64,000 nucleotides of DNA from Candidatus Latescibacterota bacterium (GTDB taxonomy: Bacteria > Latescibacterota > UBA2968): positions 768,001 to 832,000 of the forward strand of contig OZ242320.1 of NCBI GenBank assembly GCA_965208125.1. Reading direction: 5' to 3'. The position numbers were made by a program, and so were the translations under genes. The notes under the pieces were generated by a model. That model was not told the DNA's origin and did not search any database. It worked only from the letters and a program-made list of their open reading frames with translations. Shown here piece after piece: positions 10,500 to 21,070 of the stretch (the first letter of the stretch is position 1; each line of letters begins with the position of its first letter).

Positions 10500-11507
10500 T
10501 CAAACATTCCACACCCGCTCGAACAAATTCATCCAATTCCCTCCCAACAGCCTGGTGATATCCTCGGCGCTGTACCCGCGATTGACGAGTGCCTCTGCCA
10601 GATTGGGAAACTCCGCCGGGCTATCAATCCCCTTCGGTTGAAAACTCAGTTCGGTGTATGGCACCGAGCCATCGGCAAAAGTCGAGGGAAACTTCGTACC
10701 TTGCTGCGAACCGATATAATGCCAGAACTCGAGCGGCTGATCGTGCGTGGAATCCGTCCCAATAGCCACGTGATCAATGCCGACCCGCTCCACCATATCA
10801 TCAATAGCATCGACAAAATCCTCGACAGTCGAATCGAATCCTTTGGGAAGAAAATGGGCATAAGACGTGGCACCTACAACGCCCCCCTTTTCGGCCAGAA
10901 GCTTGAGCGCATCTTCCTCCTTATTCCGCGGATGATTGCAAAAACTGCGCGCATTGGCATGGGTAATGGCGACCGGCTGCTCGGACATCTCAATAGCGTC
11001 CATCGTCGTTTTCGGACCGACATGCGACAGATCAATAACAATACCGAGCCGGTTCATTTCGCGCACCGCATCCACGCCAAAATTGCTCAGGCCACCATCG
11101 GTTCGCTCCCAGCAGCCACTACCCAGCAAATTGGTCTCGTGATAGGTCAGTTGAATCACCCGAACACCGAGGGCGAGAAATAGTCCCAGGCGATCCAACT
11201 CGTTTTCTATGGGCGAAGCATTCTGAAAACTGAGAATAATTCCGGTCTTCCCCTGCTCTTTGGCAGCATAAATATCAGCCGTCTCTTTCACCTGCAAAAT
11301 GTCATCGCGCTCGCGAAAGCGCCGCATCCACACCGATAGATGCGCCATCGTCTGCAAAAAATTTTCCCACGTAGCCACCGTGGCATTGATCGCGGTGATA
11401 TTGCCGGCTCGCAAACGCCTGAACACCGCATCGCTCTCCCAGTTGCTAATACTCAGGCCATCTATCACAATCGCCTCGTCGTAGATCTTCCTCGCATCCG
11501 TACTCAT
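10500..11507 (-). CDS. Membrane dipeptidase (peptidase M19-like amidohydrolase)
   Basis: QLTY, GLSNFG..VREMNRLG..IDLSH, HPRNK, IDHVAIGTD, GGNW. Confidence 0.88.
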   Translation of the reverse strand: MSTDARKIYDEAIVIDGLSISNWESDAVFRRLRAGNITAINATVATWENFLQTMAHLSVWMRRFRERDDILQVKETADIYAAKEQGKTGIILSFQNASPIENELDRLGLFLALGVRVIQLTYHETNLLGSGCWERTDGGLSNFGVDAVREMNRLGIVIDLSHVGPKTTMDAIEMSEQPVAITHANARSFCNHPRNKEEDALKLLAEKGGVVGATSYAHFLPKGFDSTVEDFVDAIDDMVERVGIDHVAIGTDSTHDQPLEFWHYIGSQQGTKFPSTFADGSVPYTELSFQPKGIDSPAEFPNLAEALVNRGYSAEDITRLLGGNWMNLFERVWNV

Positions 11508-11522
11508 CTTCCTGCTCCTCTA

Positions 11523-12623
11523 TCAATAATCTGACACCGCCCCATCCCGGAGCCTCGCATTCGGCCACTCGAATGGACGCGCTGGACTCTTACCCACTTC
11601 GATAGCGCGCGCTTCATTGACCTCAACGCCCAGTCCGGGTCCCTCGGGCAAAGAAACATAACCTTCGTCATCCATTTCCCAGGTCTTAATCGCCACATCT
11701 TCGGGAAGCACACCCGCGTACCCCTCGTGAATCAAAAACATCGGCACCGACGCCGCCACATGCAAGCTCGCCGTCAAACCCAGGTGAGACATCGTACAAT
11801 GCGGTGCAATAGGGACAAAATGCGCTTCGGCGAGCGTAGCCACCTTCTTCATCTGGGTAATCCCCCCACCGTGACCGCAATCCGGCTGAAGCACGTCAAT
11901 CACCTGCGCCTCCAAAATCTCCCGCACCTCCCAGATCGTGCGATCCCGCTCACCAGTCGCAAGGGGCACCGGCACCATCTCGCGAACCTTCTTCATATTC
12001 TCTATATTCCCCGGCACCCACGCCTCTTCCAAAAACAGCAAATCATCGGACTTCAAATAGCCCGCAAACTGCCTGACCAGAGGTGGTGGCAAACAGCTAT
12101 GCGCATCGAACATCACGGCACCGTCGTGTCCCACCTTCTCCCTCGCATCTTTAATCTTCTGAACAATTGCCTCAATCTCGGCAGGCGTACCCGCAAAATA
12201 CTGGGCACCACCCGGCCCGGTCTTAATCGCCTTTGGACTTGGATACATCCATATCTTATCCCGACACGGACCGCCCAACAGGCGATACACTGGAACCCCG
12301 TGCAGCTTGCCACAGATATCCCACAGCGCCATATCAATCGCGGAAATCGTATGAACCATCAAACCGCCGTTGCGGATATTGCGATGTGCGCGGAACATCC
12401 GCTGCCAGAGGTGCTCCGTACGCGTGGGATTCTCTCCAATAATCAACTCGGAAAGCGACTCTGCAAGCGCGCAAGTTACCCTTGTCTCCATATTATTGAT
12501 CTCACCCCAACCCGTAATCCCGGCATTCGTCTCGACCTTGACATATCCCTTCACGCCAATCGGTATCGCAGTCAACCCCGTAACGCGAATACTCGATGCT
12601 CTGTCTTCATGATCATTGCTCAT
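11523..12623 (-). CDS. Enolase-superfamily acid-sugar dehydratase (galactonate dehydratase-like)
   Basis: GWGE, SAIDMALWDI, DAH / EE / GER ligands, QPD, APH. Confidence 0.85.
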   Translation of the reverse strand: MSNDHEDRASSIRVTGLTAIPIGVKGYVKVETNAGITGWGEINNMETRVTCALAESLSELIIGENPTRTEHLWQRMFRAHRNIRNGGLMVHTISAIDMALWDICGKLHGVPVYRLLGGPCRDKIWMYPSPKAIKTGPGGAQYFAGTPAEIEAIVQKIKDAREKVGHDGAVMFDAHSCLPPPLVRQFAGYLKSDDLLFLEEAWVPGNIENMKKVREMVPVPLATGERDRTIWEVREILEAQVIDVLQPDCGHGGGITQMKKVATLAEAHFVPIAPHCTMSHLGLTASLHVAASVPMFLIHEGYAGVLPEDVAIKTWEMDDEGYVSLPEGPGLGVEVNEARAIEVGKSPARPFEWPNARLRDGAVSDY

Positions 12624-12783
12624 ACAGTCCTCCAGCGGATAGAAGTGTAACGCGCATACTGGTCGAACAGCTTGACCAAACAGAGTGTAATTTAGCGTTT
12701 GATAAAAAATATGGTATCTTTATTTTACCATGCCAACGACACGCGAGTAGAAAGCATCAAACTTTATCCCGAGAAACAGTAAA

Positions 12784-14616
12784 ATGACCTGTGCAACACT
12801 GTCAGCAAAAACGCGCCAACAACCACCCGACTGGGCCATGCGCCAGCGCCAACTAATAGCGGTAATGGACCGCGCTGCCCACCCTTTTGTCGAACACAGC
12901 ACCCGCCCGGACGGCACTCTAATCCAGCGCACGGTATGGACGAGCATGGACGGCACGGACAACGGCTATGAAGCCTTCCTCTCCTTCCCCCTCTTCTACC
13001 TGCTGGGCGGCGGCGAGCACATCCATCGGATCGCCCGCAAAGAGTGGGACGCCATCACCTATCAATACGCCAACTACGGCACAGTAGATCGGGAATTCGT
13101 CACAGGCTTCGACTGGTTCCACCACTCCGAGAGCTATACCTACATCTACTATCTGGCCATGGCCGATCCCGAGAACCACATCGACCGCACCCGCGCCCTG
13201 CGCTACGCCGCCATGTACACTGGCGAAGATCCGCTGGCACCCAACTGGGATGCACAGCACTGCATGATCCGCTCGCCCCTCAACGGCAGCAAAGGACCGC
13301 GCTTTGTAACCACCCAGATCGATTGGGACTACCACCGCCCCATTCTCTCCGGGTACCTCGCTCCGTATGAAGACATAGAGGGCGCTGACAGTTCTGACCC
13401 ACTTTTCAAAGTCGATTGGACCGACGACCGGGTCTTCGCCCGGGTACTCGACCAGATCAATCAACGCATGACCCGCGGCGACGTGCCCCTCAATCTGAGT
13501 GCCACCAGCCTGATTACCAACGCGTACCTCTACACGGGCGAAGACAAGTACCGGCAGTGGGTGCTGGATTATTTGCGAGCCTGGGAGGCGCGCTGCGCCG
13601 CCAATGATGGCATCATGCCCGACAATATCGGTCCCAACGGCATCATCGGCGAGTTAATGGATGGCAAGTGGTGGGGCGGGTACTACGGCTGGCGCTGGCC
13701 GCATGGGGCGCGCAATATTGTCGAGCCAGCCCTCGTAGCTGGCAGTTGCGCCCTGCTCATGACCGGCGACATGTCGCATCTGAACCTGGCCCGCTCACAA
13801 CTCGATATGCTCTGGGAAAACCGACGCGAGGAGAACGGTCAGATCCAGGTGCCGGCACGGCACGGCGACCGCGGCTGGTTCGACTTCCGCCCGCCCGATC
13901 CCCATTTGTACATCCACCTGTATTACCTGAGCCAGAGCGCCGAGGATCTGGCCCGTCTCGACGAGATCTTCCCGGAACGCGAGGGATTTGCGGGCTTGCC
14001 ACCCGACTGGGGCGCGGCCAAGGCCGGTATCTGCCCCCCAAAAGCCTGGTTCGCCTTTACCGAAGGCAAAAATCCCGACTACCTCGACCAGGCCTTCGAC
14101 TCGACCTACTCCAGCATCTGCCGCAGCCTGGAGCGTTTGGAAAGCGATGACAGCGACCCGGAAACGCGCGAATGCTACCACTTCCAGAAACTCAATCCAG
14201 TGCTGCCCGAAGCCCTCATTCAAATGGCCATGGGCACGCCAGCAGCCATGTACAACGGCGGCATGCTACAGGCCCACTTGCGCTATTTTGACCCGCAACG
14301 CCACCGCCCGGGACTGCCCGAACACGTCGCGGCACTGGTTGATCGGGTCAGCGCCGACCAGATCAGTGTATCGCTGGTGAATACCGATCCGGTGGAGAGC
14401 CGAGCCGTATTGCTCCAGGCCGGTTCCTTTGGCGAGCACTGCTTTACCCAGGCCCGCCTCGAAAACCGTGAAGACGCTGACCAGTCCGTCGAGGTAAACG
14501 GCAAATATCTTCGGGTACATCTGGGTCCAGGTGCTCAGGCACGCCTGCACCTGGGACTGAAGCGCTTTGCCTTCCAGCCCTCCTATGCTCTCCCGCCTGT
14601 TACATGTCTTCTTTGA
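12784..14616 (+). CDS. Hypothetical protein, 610 aa, Trp/Tyr-rich
   Basis: Long ORF with GC3-biased codons. No motif I can name with confidence. Confidence 0.8.
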   Translation: MTCATLSAKTRQQPPDWAMRQRQLIAVMDRAAHPFVEHSTRPDGTLIQRTVWTSMDGTDNGYEAFLSFPLFYLLGGGEHIHRIARKEWDAITYQYANYGTVDREFVTGFDWFHHSESYTYIYYLAMADPENHIDRTRALRYAAMYTGEDPLAPNWDAQHCMIRSPLNGSKGPRFVTTQIDWDYHRPILSGYLAPYEDIEGADSSDPLFKVDWTDDRVFARVLDQINQRMTRGDVPLNLSATSLITNAYLYTGEDKYRQWVLDYLRAWEARCAANDGIMPDNIGPNGIIGELMDGKWWGGYYGWRWPHGARNIVEPALVAGSCALLMTGDMSHLNLARSQLDMLWENRREENGQIQVPARHGDRGWFDFRPPDPHLYIHLYYLSQSAEDLARLDEIFPEREGFAGLPPDWGAAKAGICPPKAWFAFTEGKNPDYLDQAFDSTYSSICRSLERLESDDSDPETRECYHFQKLNPVLPEALIQMAMGTPAAMYNGGMLQAHLRYFDPQRHRPGLPEHVAALVDRVSADQISVSLVNTDPVESRAVLLQAGSFGEHCFTQARLENREDADQSVEVNGKYLRVHLGPGAQARLHLGLKRFAFQPSYALPPVTCLL

Positions 14617-14626
14617 AGGAAACAGC

Positions 14627-15856
14627 ATGAGTCGATTGTACTACAGTGAAGAAGGGCGAGTGATGCCGTCTCTCTGCGAGGAATTAACGATCTTTCGGCG
14701 GGCGCGCAAAACGCTCATCTTGCCCACGACGAACGCGCCGGGAATAGTTTATATACTCGCCCGACCCTATCCGGAAAACAACGCGCCCTTGCGGGTGTCA
14801 GTAAATGGTGCGGAAGTTGCCGCGCTAAAACCGACCCGACGCGGCGCATATTCATGGTATGAATTCTCAGTGGAAAAACTGAAGGAAGGCGAGAACATCT
14901 TTGAACTGTGGACCGACCACACTGCAATGGCCGGCTGGTCGCTCGCAATGGAAGCGGGACATCCCGCGCCGGATAGCGCCATAAGCGATGATGGCGGACA
15001 GACCTGGCGCAGCGAGCGAATGGGATACTTGAACGCGGTTCTGGGTGAATACGTCATTCGAGTCAGACTGACCGAGGGAGAAGATCCCCCACCGCCCCCT
15101 ATGACATGGGAAAACGCGGATGCACCCAGATTTGAATCCCTGAGGCAAATGCTACCTCCTGCTGCACGCGATGAAGGACCGTTAATCAAACGGGTACGCG
15201 CACTATCGGCCTGGCTGGCATCCAGTTGGGAACACACCAGTTCGGCAAGAGCAGAACAGTACGCGCCGTGGGATGCAGAAACCCTGTTGGCCTGGGCTCC
15301 GGGACAGATTGGACACAATGGAAAACGGCCAGTGGCAATGTGTGTACACTATGCAGCGGCATTTGTGAGTTGCGCGCAAGCTATCGGCATTCCAGCCCGA
15401 TGCGCGGTCTTGACAGAAGCGGTGAACAGCTTCAATGGACATTTTGTAGCAGAAGTCTGGTTCGATCACCTGGGCAAGTGGGTAGTGGTAGATCCGAATA
15501 CGGACGCGCTATTTTTAAAAAACGGGATACCGATGTCAATGGATGAGATACAGGCCGCGGGGAAGAATCTAAAAACACATGTCGAATACGGACAGGGTAC
15601 AGAATTCCAGCGCACCTTTCCGCACATCGTGGAATTTATGCGGGAAAATCTGGAAAAGGGAGTTTGTTTTCAACACCGGAGCGTCTGGTTCCGGAGCGAC
15701 CTCCTGGGACACCCCGAGTTTTCACCACCAGCGCACGGATCGCTGAGCTATTGCGAAACCGGCCTGGTGTGGGAACAGCGAGACAGGCAATCGGGATTCG
15801 GAATGTTTCCCCATTTTGGCAATGAGGACTATTTCAACACAGCACCTGTCAGGTAG
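14627..15856 (+). CDS. Transglutaminase-like (Cys-His-Asp) domain protein
   Basis: AMCVHYA...GIPAR...GHFVAEVW...WVVVDP. AAGGA RBS before ATG 14627. Confidence 0.82.
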   Translation: MSRLYYSEEGRVMPSLCEELTIFRRARKTLILPTTNAPGIVYILARPYPENNAPLRVSVNGAEVAALKPTRRGAYSWYEFSVEKLKEGENIFELWTDHTAMAGWSLAMEAGHPAPDSAISDDGGQTWRSERMGYLNAVLGEYVIRVRLTEGEDPPPPPMTWENADAPRFESLRQMLPPAARDEGPLIKRVRALSAWLASSWEHTSSARAEQYAPWDAETLLAWAPGQIGHNGKRPVAMCVHYAAAFVSCAQAIGIPARCAVLTEAVNSFNGHFVAEVWFDHLGKWVVVDPNTDALFLKNGIPMSMDEIQAAGKNLKTHVEYGQGTEFQRTFPHIVEFMRENLEKGVCFQHRSVWFRSDLLGHPEFSPPAHGSLSYCETGLVWEQRDRQSGFGMFPHFGNEDYFNTAPVR

Positions 15857-16622
15857 AGTCCGGAGCGATCACATTGGGCCGACTGCCAACCGCCGGAGCG
15901 CCCATAATCCGTCGTTGCTGTGGCGTAGGATCGAAATAGTTCGCCGGGTCGTAGGACGCCTGATGATTGGCCATGTGTCCCGGATTGTATTTGTAGAGAA
16001 AGGCACGCCGTTCGTGGGTACTGCGCCAACCCTTCGTTCCGTGGGTCAAAGCCTCGGTAAAAATAACCGCATCGCCCGCATCCACCTCGGGCTGTACCAC
16101 ATAGTGCGGCACCCTCTTCAGTGTGCGCACATCCTCAGGCAGATTCTGGGAAAAATTGCCCTTGTGGCTACCCGGAATACACACAAACCCGCCATCTCCC
16201 GCCCCGGCTGGAGCCAGCATAAAAGTCACCACAGTTAGACCCGTCCGCACCTGCCCATCCAGATAGTGAAAATATCGATGCGTCCCCAACTCTGGCAGAC
16301 CGTGTAGATTCCCGCTGGCGCTACCAGTATTCATAAACATGGCGTAATCGTGATCAATGCGGAATTTGGGACCGAGAAACTCCGCCAGAACCGGCACAAT
16401 TCTCGGGTGATCAAGCAGCCGCTGGCAGGCTGGATCCCACCGGGAGACATAGCGAACATTGCGAATGCCGCGGCGCCCCTTGGAATCATTGCCGTCCGAG
16501 TAGTCCCTGGGATACACCCGATCCGAGACCTCGTTCAGTTCATCCACCTCCTGCTGCGTCAGCACGCCGCGGAGCACCAGATAGCCCTGCAAATCGAACA
16601 AGTATCTCTCTTCGTCAGTCAT
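15849..16622 (-). CDS. PhyH-family Fe/2OG enzyme with atypical H-G-L motif
   Basis: YLFDLQGYLV, IPGSHK, FTEALTHG, RR..LYKY. First His is in NLHGL, with no Asp. Confidence 0.85.
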   Translation of the reverse strand: MTDEERYLFDLQGYLVLRGVLTQQEVDELNEVSDRVYPRDYSDGNDSKGRRGIRNVRYVSRWDPACQRLLDHPRIVPVLAEFLGPKFRIDHDYAMFMNTGSASGNLHGLPELGTHRYFHYLDGQVRTGLTVVTFMLAPAGAGDGGFVCIPGSHKGNFSQNLPEDVRTLKRVPHYVVQPEVDAGDAVIFTEALTHGTKGWRSTHERRAFLYKYNPGHMANHQASYDPANYFDPTPQQRRIMGAPAVGSRPNVIAPDST

Positions 16623-16632
16623 ACAATCTCCC

Positions 16633-17394
16633 TCATTTATACTTCGCCCGGTGTTCCGGCAGCGAACCATCGTCCTCTGGCTCGAACCCTATCAACTCCC
16701 GCGCATTGGACAAATCCCACTTCTCCTCACCACCCCGGGACACCCCGTAGAAAATCTCAAACTTCAAATCCTCTGCCTCAATACACCGCCAGGTCATCTG
16801 AGCGATATCCCGAGGGCTGAACCAGCGGGACAGCCCCGGCTCATAATCCCGCCCCGGTTCATTCAGCCCATTGAAATTGGCGATCCGCAAACAGAACACC
16901 CGGATCCCGTACTGATCGGCATAAAACCGTCCCAGAGCCTCTCCAAACGCCTTGCCAGCGCCATAGATCCCGTCCGGACGCACGGGTTTGTCCGGCTCAG
17001 AACGAATGCCCTCCTTCTCGTTCATACCAGTCACATGATTCGTACTCGCATAGACCACCGTTGGCACCCGATTAATCCGCGCTGCCTCGTAGATATTGTA
17101 CGTCCCCTTCATATCCACATCAAACGTCACCTGTGCCCTCTGTGCATTCGGCATCCCCTGCCAGGTTCTAAAAAGAGCCAAATGGGCAATTGCATCCACC
17201 CCGGCGGCGGCCTCCACCATAGCCTCAAAATTGGAAATATCCGAAACCACCACCTCGTCCTTCTCATCCACATCGTCCGGAATCTGAGAGTGAAACATCA
17301 ACCGAAAATCGTACCGGTGTCGCAGATGTTTTCGCAGCGCCGTCCCAATCTTGCCCGCTGCCCCCGTAATCAACAACTTCTTGCGTTCTGCCAT
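16633..17394 (-). CDS. NAD-dependent epimerase/dehydrogenase (uronate dehydrogenase-like)
   Basis: ITGAAGKIG, YASTNH, YGAGK, LRI, SPRD. Confidence 0.85.
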   Translation of the reverse strand: MAERKKLLITGAAGKIGTALRKHLRHRYDFRLMFHSQIPDDVDEKDEVVVSDISNFEAMVEAAAGVDAIAHLALFRTWQGMPNAQRAQVTFDVDMKGTYNIYEAARINRVPTVVYASTNHVTGMNEKEGIRSEPDKPVRPDGIYGAGKAFGEALGRFYADQYGIRVFCLRIANFNGLNEPGRDYEPGLSRWFSPRDIAQMTWRCIEAEDLKFEIFYGVSRGGEEKWDLSNARELIGFEPEDDGSLPEHRAKYK

Positions 17395-17573
17395 ATCGAA
17401 TAATCCTTCTCAAATTAGTATTAAAAACCAGTATCGCCCTCATCTCCAAAAGTCGTGAAACCAGGAGTCTAAATCAAGCAGAAACCAAATCGGAAGCGAT
17501 CATTTTTTGATTGCCCCGGGGGTTACATCCCACTTTCTTGTTCCCGGGACTTCTTCCTCGAAAGGTGATCACC

Positions 17574-19565
17574 GTGAACATACAAAAACATCCCGACCAC
17601 GCAAAAGTACAGGCTCAATACGTGGCCTACCTGCGGGAAAAACTCGCAAAACTCCCCGAAAAGCGGATCAGCGACGCCTTTCCCCGCACCCGGGAAGAAT
17701 GGAAAACCCACACCGACAAACTGCATCCCATCCTCCGCACAATCTTCGACTTCCCCGAAACCAGCGGACCCCTCTGCCCCCGCACAGTCGGGAAAATCGA
17801 AAGAGACGACTTCACCATCGAAAAAATCATCTACGACGCCGAACCGGGATCCTCTGTACCCGCCCACCTCTTCCTGCCAAAAGGCGTAACCTTTCCGGTC
17901 CCGGCCCTCATCTTTCCCAGCGGACACGGAGGGAGTAAAAGCGCGTTCTACAACCACTACGCGGGCCAGATCTACGCCAAAGCGGGCATCATCTGCCTGA
18001 TCCCCGACCCTGTCGGCGAAGAAGAACGGGACGAAGAAAACCGCCCGGGAATACGCGGTCACCGTCTGGACTTTAGAATCGACCGGTGCTTTGAAGTGGG
18101 CCGATCAGTCATCGGCAAAATGACCTACGACATCATCCGCGGCATCGACTACCTCTGCATCCGTCCCGAAGTAGATACCGATCGAATCGGCTGTGTGGGC
18201 CACTCGCTCGGCTGCACCATCACCATGAACGTCCTCTGCACCGACGACCGCCTGGCCCTCAGCCTGCCCGCCTCCTGGGTAACCCATTTCGACTACATCG
18301 TGGGCGACCTGAGCTGCGAATGGCGTCCCTATCGCCTCAAGCACCATGTCGATATGCCGGAACAAATCGCAATGGGTGCCCCCCGGTGCGCCACGCTCAT
18401 CCTCGCCGGAGAATGGGACTATCCTCCCCATGCGTATCGTGGGCTACTGGAAACCTGCCGACAAGTGCAACAAGTCTATGACATTTGCGACGCTGCAGAC
18501 CGGTTCGATGTCCACATCACCCCAAAGGGCGGCCACCGGCCCTACTTCCTCAACAAACCCGCCTTCGCCTGGGTGGAAAAACACCTGGGCATGCCGAAAT
18601 TCGACGCAGAAGCAATACAACGCCTGCCAGAAGTCTATCTGGGAGACTGGACAGACGCCCACGGAATCAATATCGAATCGGGCTATAAGAGCCACAAGCA
18701 CTACGCAGGAACCGCGGTCATCGATCTAAATGTGGCACCAGTACCGACCGACGAACTCACCTGCTTGCCTCCGCGAGGCTATGAAGCACCGGAGTTCGCG
18801 ATGCGGGGATGGGTGGCATCCATCTTGAAAGAATTACCGCCCAAACTGGACATACCTCAAAGACTGGAAGACTGGAAACGCGTGCGAATAGCTCTCCAGG
18901 ACACAGTGGCAAAAATCCTCGCAGTACCCGAAAACAGACCGAGCCTCTCACCCGAAACCATCCGAACCTTCGAGGAAAATGAATTCACTGGAGAAGAAAT
19001 TCGCTACGGCGCCCTCGGCCTCTCATCCTTTCTATTGATGCCAAAGGATGCATCAAAAAATACAGCCCTCTATCTCCACCAGAGCCGTACCAAACAGGGC
19101 GCCCTGCAAACAGGTGAAGTACGGCACCTGATAGCTTCTGGCACAACCGTCCTCGCACTGGATTGTGTCGGCATGGACGACAGCGGGATGCTGCTGGGAG
19201 AACCATCGACAACAGCCAACGTACAGCATGTCATCGAAGCATTGGACCTCCTGAAACAGCGAGGCATTCAGCGTGCAGCCTGCTATGGATACGTCGATGA
19301 CATCGCCCTGTACGCGGCGATCCTGGACGACCGAATATCCGAAATCATCCTCGGCTCCAGAGGGGGAATTGAGCCGCACCACCAGCAGCGCTACCGACAG
19401 GAAGGCGTCGTACCCTACATCTCCCGACATATCGGGCGACCCGGACTCCTCTCACTGTTCGCCCCCCGACCACTCACCGTAAAAATAGAAGAAAAAGAAT
19501 TGGATCAGGTACAGAAAGTCTATAGCCTGTACAGCGCAGAAAACAGACTCAGAATTGTGGAATGA
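17574..19565 (+). CDS. Two-domain alpha/beta hydrolase (acetylxylan esterase/dienelactone hydrolase-like)
   Basis: RGIDYL..RPEVD..RIGCVGHSLG nucleophile elbow, plus a degenerate second hydrolase module. GTG start at 17574 is estimated. Confidence 0.82.
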   Translation: MNIQKHPDHAKVQAQYVAYLREKLAKLPEKRISDAFPRTREEWKTHTDKLHPILRTIFDFPETSGPLCPRTVGKIERDDFTIEKIIYDAEPGSSVPAHLFLPKGVTFPVPALIFPSGHGGSKSAFYNHYAGQIYAKAGIICLIPDPVGEEERDEENRPGIRGHRLDFRIDRCFEVGRSVIGKMTYDIIRGIDYLCIRPEVDTDRIGCVGHSLGCTITMNVLCTDDRLALSLPASWVTHFDYIVGDLSCEWRPYRLKHHVDMPEQIAMGAPRCATLILAGEWDYPPHAYRGLLETCRQVQQVYDICDAADRFDVHITPKGGHRPYFLNKPAFAWVEKHLGMPKFDAEAIQRLPEVYLGDWTDAHGINIESGYKSHKHYAGTAVIDLNVAPVPTDELTCLPPRGYEAPEFAMRGWVASILKELPPKLDIPQRLEDWKRVRIALQDTVAKILAVPENRPSLSPETIRTFEENEFTGEEIRYGALGLSSFLLMPKDASKNTALYLHQSRTKQGALQTGEVRHLIASGTTVLALDCVGMDDSGMLLGEPSTTANVQHVIEALDLLKQRGIQRAACYGYVDDIALYAAILDDRISEIILGSRGGIEPHHQQRYRQEGVVPYISRHIGRPGLLSLFAPRPLTVKIEEKELDQVQKVYSLYSAENRLRIVE

Positions 19566-19581
19566 GAACGCACGCCTTCTA

Positions 19582-20418
19582 CTACGCGGAAAAATTGGCC
19601 CAATTCTCTCCAACACGCGAAGTATCCGTTCGACCACAAAAAACAAACAACCGATACTCACTCGCGGTCGTCTCTCCCTGTGCCAGCGTCCAGGGACCAG
19701 CAATACAGCGGCTGGGCACAATGCCGAGTTGCCCATCAACGCGCCAGGGATTGGGGTATTCGGGATTGGTGGGATGATCCATCATCGCAATGCCTGCCCA
19801 GTCAGGGCGTCCTTCGATGGGAATGGAGACAGAAACCCATTGTGCGCGTTGTCCTTCAGCGTCGCGGTTGGTCTGACCCTCACTGTTGATGGCCTCGCCA
19901 CCGAGGTCTCTTTTGTAAGGCATACGAAGAAAGAGACCGCCGTAGGCGTATTCTCCAAAGGTAAGATCAATTGATGCGGTGAGGGACCATGTGATATCGA
20001 TATCGTACGTATCGCCCTGATCGTTGAAAGTCCAGGCCTGTATTTCGGTGAGCATAGGCGCACCGTTGGGATCTCGCCATTCGCTGGTAACAGTCCAGGT
20101 GGCGGTGTTGTTATGCACACCTGCGTTGCTGATCGGTCCGGGGTGAAAGGTCCCGTCCAGATCTTTGCGCCGTTCCTGTAATCCCTCTGTCCAGAACCCA
20201 ACCCCGTTGACTTCGTTGAGACCCACATAAAGACCATGCTGCCAGGGATGGTGCGAGGGGGTGTCCTCGGTGAGAATACCATTGCCGTCGGGTGCCACAA
20301 TAGGATGAATATAGGCGCGGGTATCGGCTTTGGCGAGTTGAACAAGAATGGGATCTTTTTGTCCGCTGCGGAATATTTCAACGCGATCTGGTATTGCCCT
20401 TTGTTTGAGTTCAGTCAT
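19582..20418 (-). CDS. PF14100 'PmoA'-family (DUF6807-like) beta-sandwich protein; not methane monooxygenase
   Basis: YIHP, HHPWQHGL, FW, YGGLFLRM, DHPTNP..P..WRV. Soluble, no TM helices. Confidence 0.75.
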   Translation of the reverse strand: MTELKQRAIPDRVEIFRSGQKDPILVQLAKADTRAYIHPIVAPDGNGILTEDTPSHHPWQHGLYVGLNEVNGVGFWTEGLQERRKDLDGTFHPGPISNAGVHNNTATWTVTSEWRDPNGAPMLTEIQAWTFNDQGDTYDIDITWSLTASIDLTFGEYAYGGLFLRMPYKRDLGGEAINSEGQTNRDAEGQRAQWVSVSIPIEGRPDWAGIAMMDHPTNPEYPNPWRVDGQLGIVPSRCIAGPWTLAQGETTASEYRLFVFCGRTDTSRVGENWANFSA

Positions 20419-20467
20419 TATTCTCCTCGGTTTGATGGATAGCATAGGTGTTGGAAAACGCGCGCTT

Positions 20468-21070
20468 CTATGGCCTTTCGGGCAGATCAATACCTGCAAA
20501 CCCCGCCAATTGCGCGACCATGCGATAGGTCAGCCCCCACAGCACGGGGCGATTGACACCGAGCAAATCAATAGCCGGCATATTGTGCCAACCTTCGAGA
20601 TTGAGCGTTTGCCACCGCGCGGAATCGACGAAATGTGCAAAAGGCGTCCAGAAAACATCGCGCACCTCGTCGTTGGGCGCAACCTCAACGCCTTCAAAAA
20701 TCGCATAAACAAAACAGGCGACCTGGATGGGTAGCGTCGCGCCCGCGACATCGTCCAGACGGCCGAGGTGCTGCGCATTGCTCAGATCGAGACCGAGTTC
20801 CTCGCGCGTCTCGCGCTCAGCCGTGTATTTGAGATCGGGATCATCGGGTTCGGCTGTGCCACCGGGAAAGGCAATATGCCCCGACCATGGATCTGTCGGA
20901 TGCGCGGCACGCTCGATAAAAAGAAGATAGAGATCATCCCGTCGCGGATGAAAAACCGCAGCAACAGCCGCTTGCGTCTTATTCGTCTCCGAACGAATAC
21001 TGGGTTGATACGCCGATAGGGCTGTCGCAATCCTTTGAAAGATATTCATAAGTTCCGCACCCACCGTCAC
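20468..21070 (-). CDS. Nudix CoA pyrophosphatase
   Basis: WSGHIAFPGG...TAERETREELG Nudix box, LWGLT. Confidence 0.88.
   Translation of the reverse strand: MTVGAELMNIFQRIATALSAYQPSIRSETNKTQAAVAAVFHPRRDDLYLLFIERAAHPTDPWSGHIAFPGGTAEPDDPDLKYTAERETREELGLDLSNAQHLGRLDDVAGATLPIQVACFVYAIFEGVEVAPNDEVRDVFWTPFAHFVDSARWQTLNLEGWHNMPAIDLLGVNRPVLWGLTYRMVAQLAGFAGIDLPERP

Noticed and set aside
19582-20418. Particulate methane monooxygenase
   Set aside because: The family name is misleading. The protein has no TM helices and no pmoB/pmoC neighbours.
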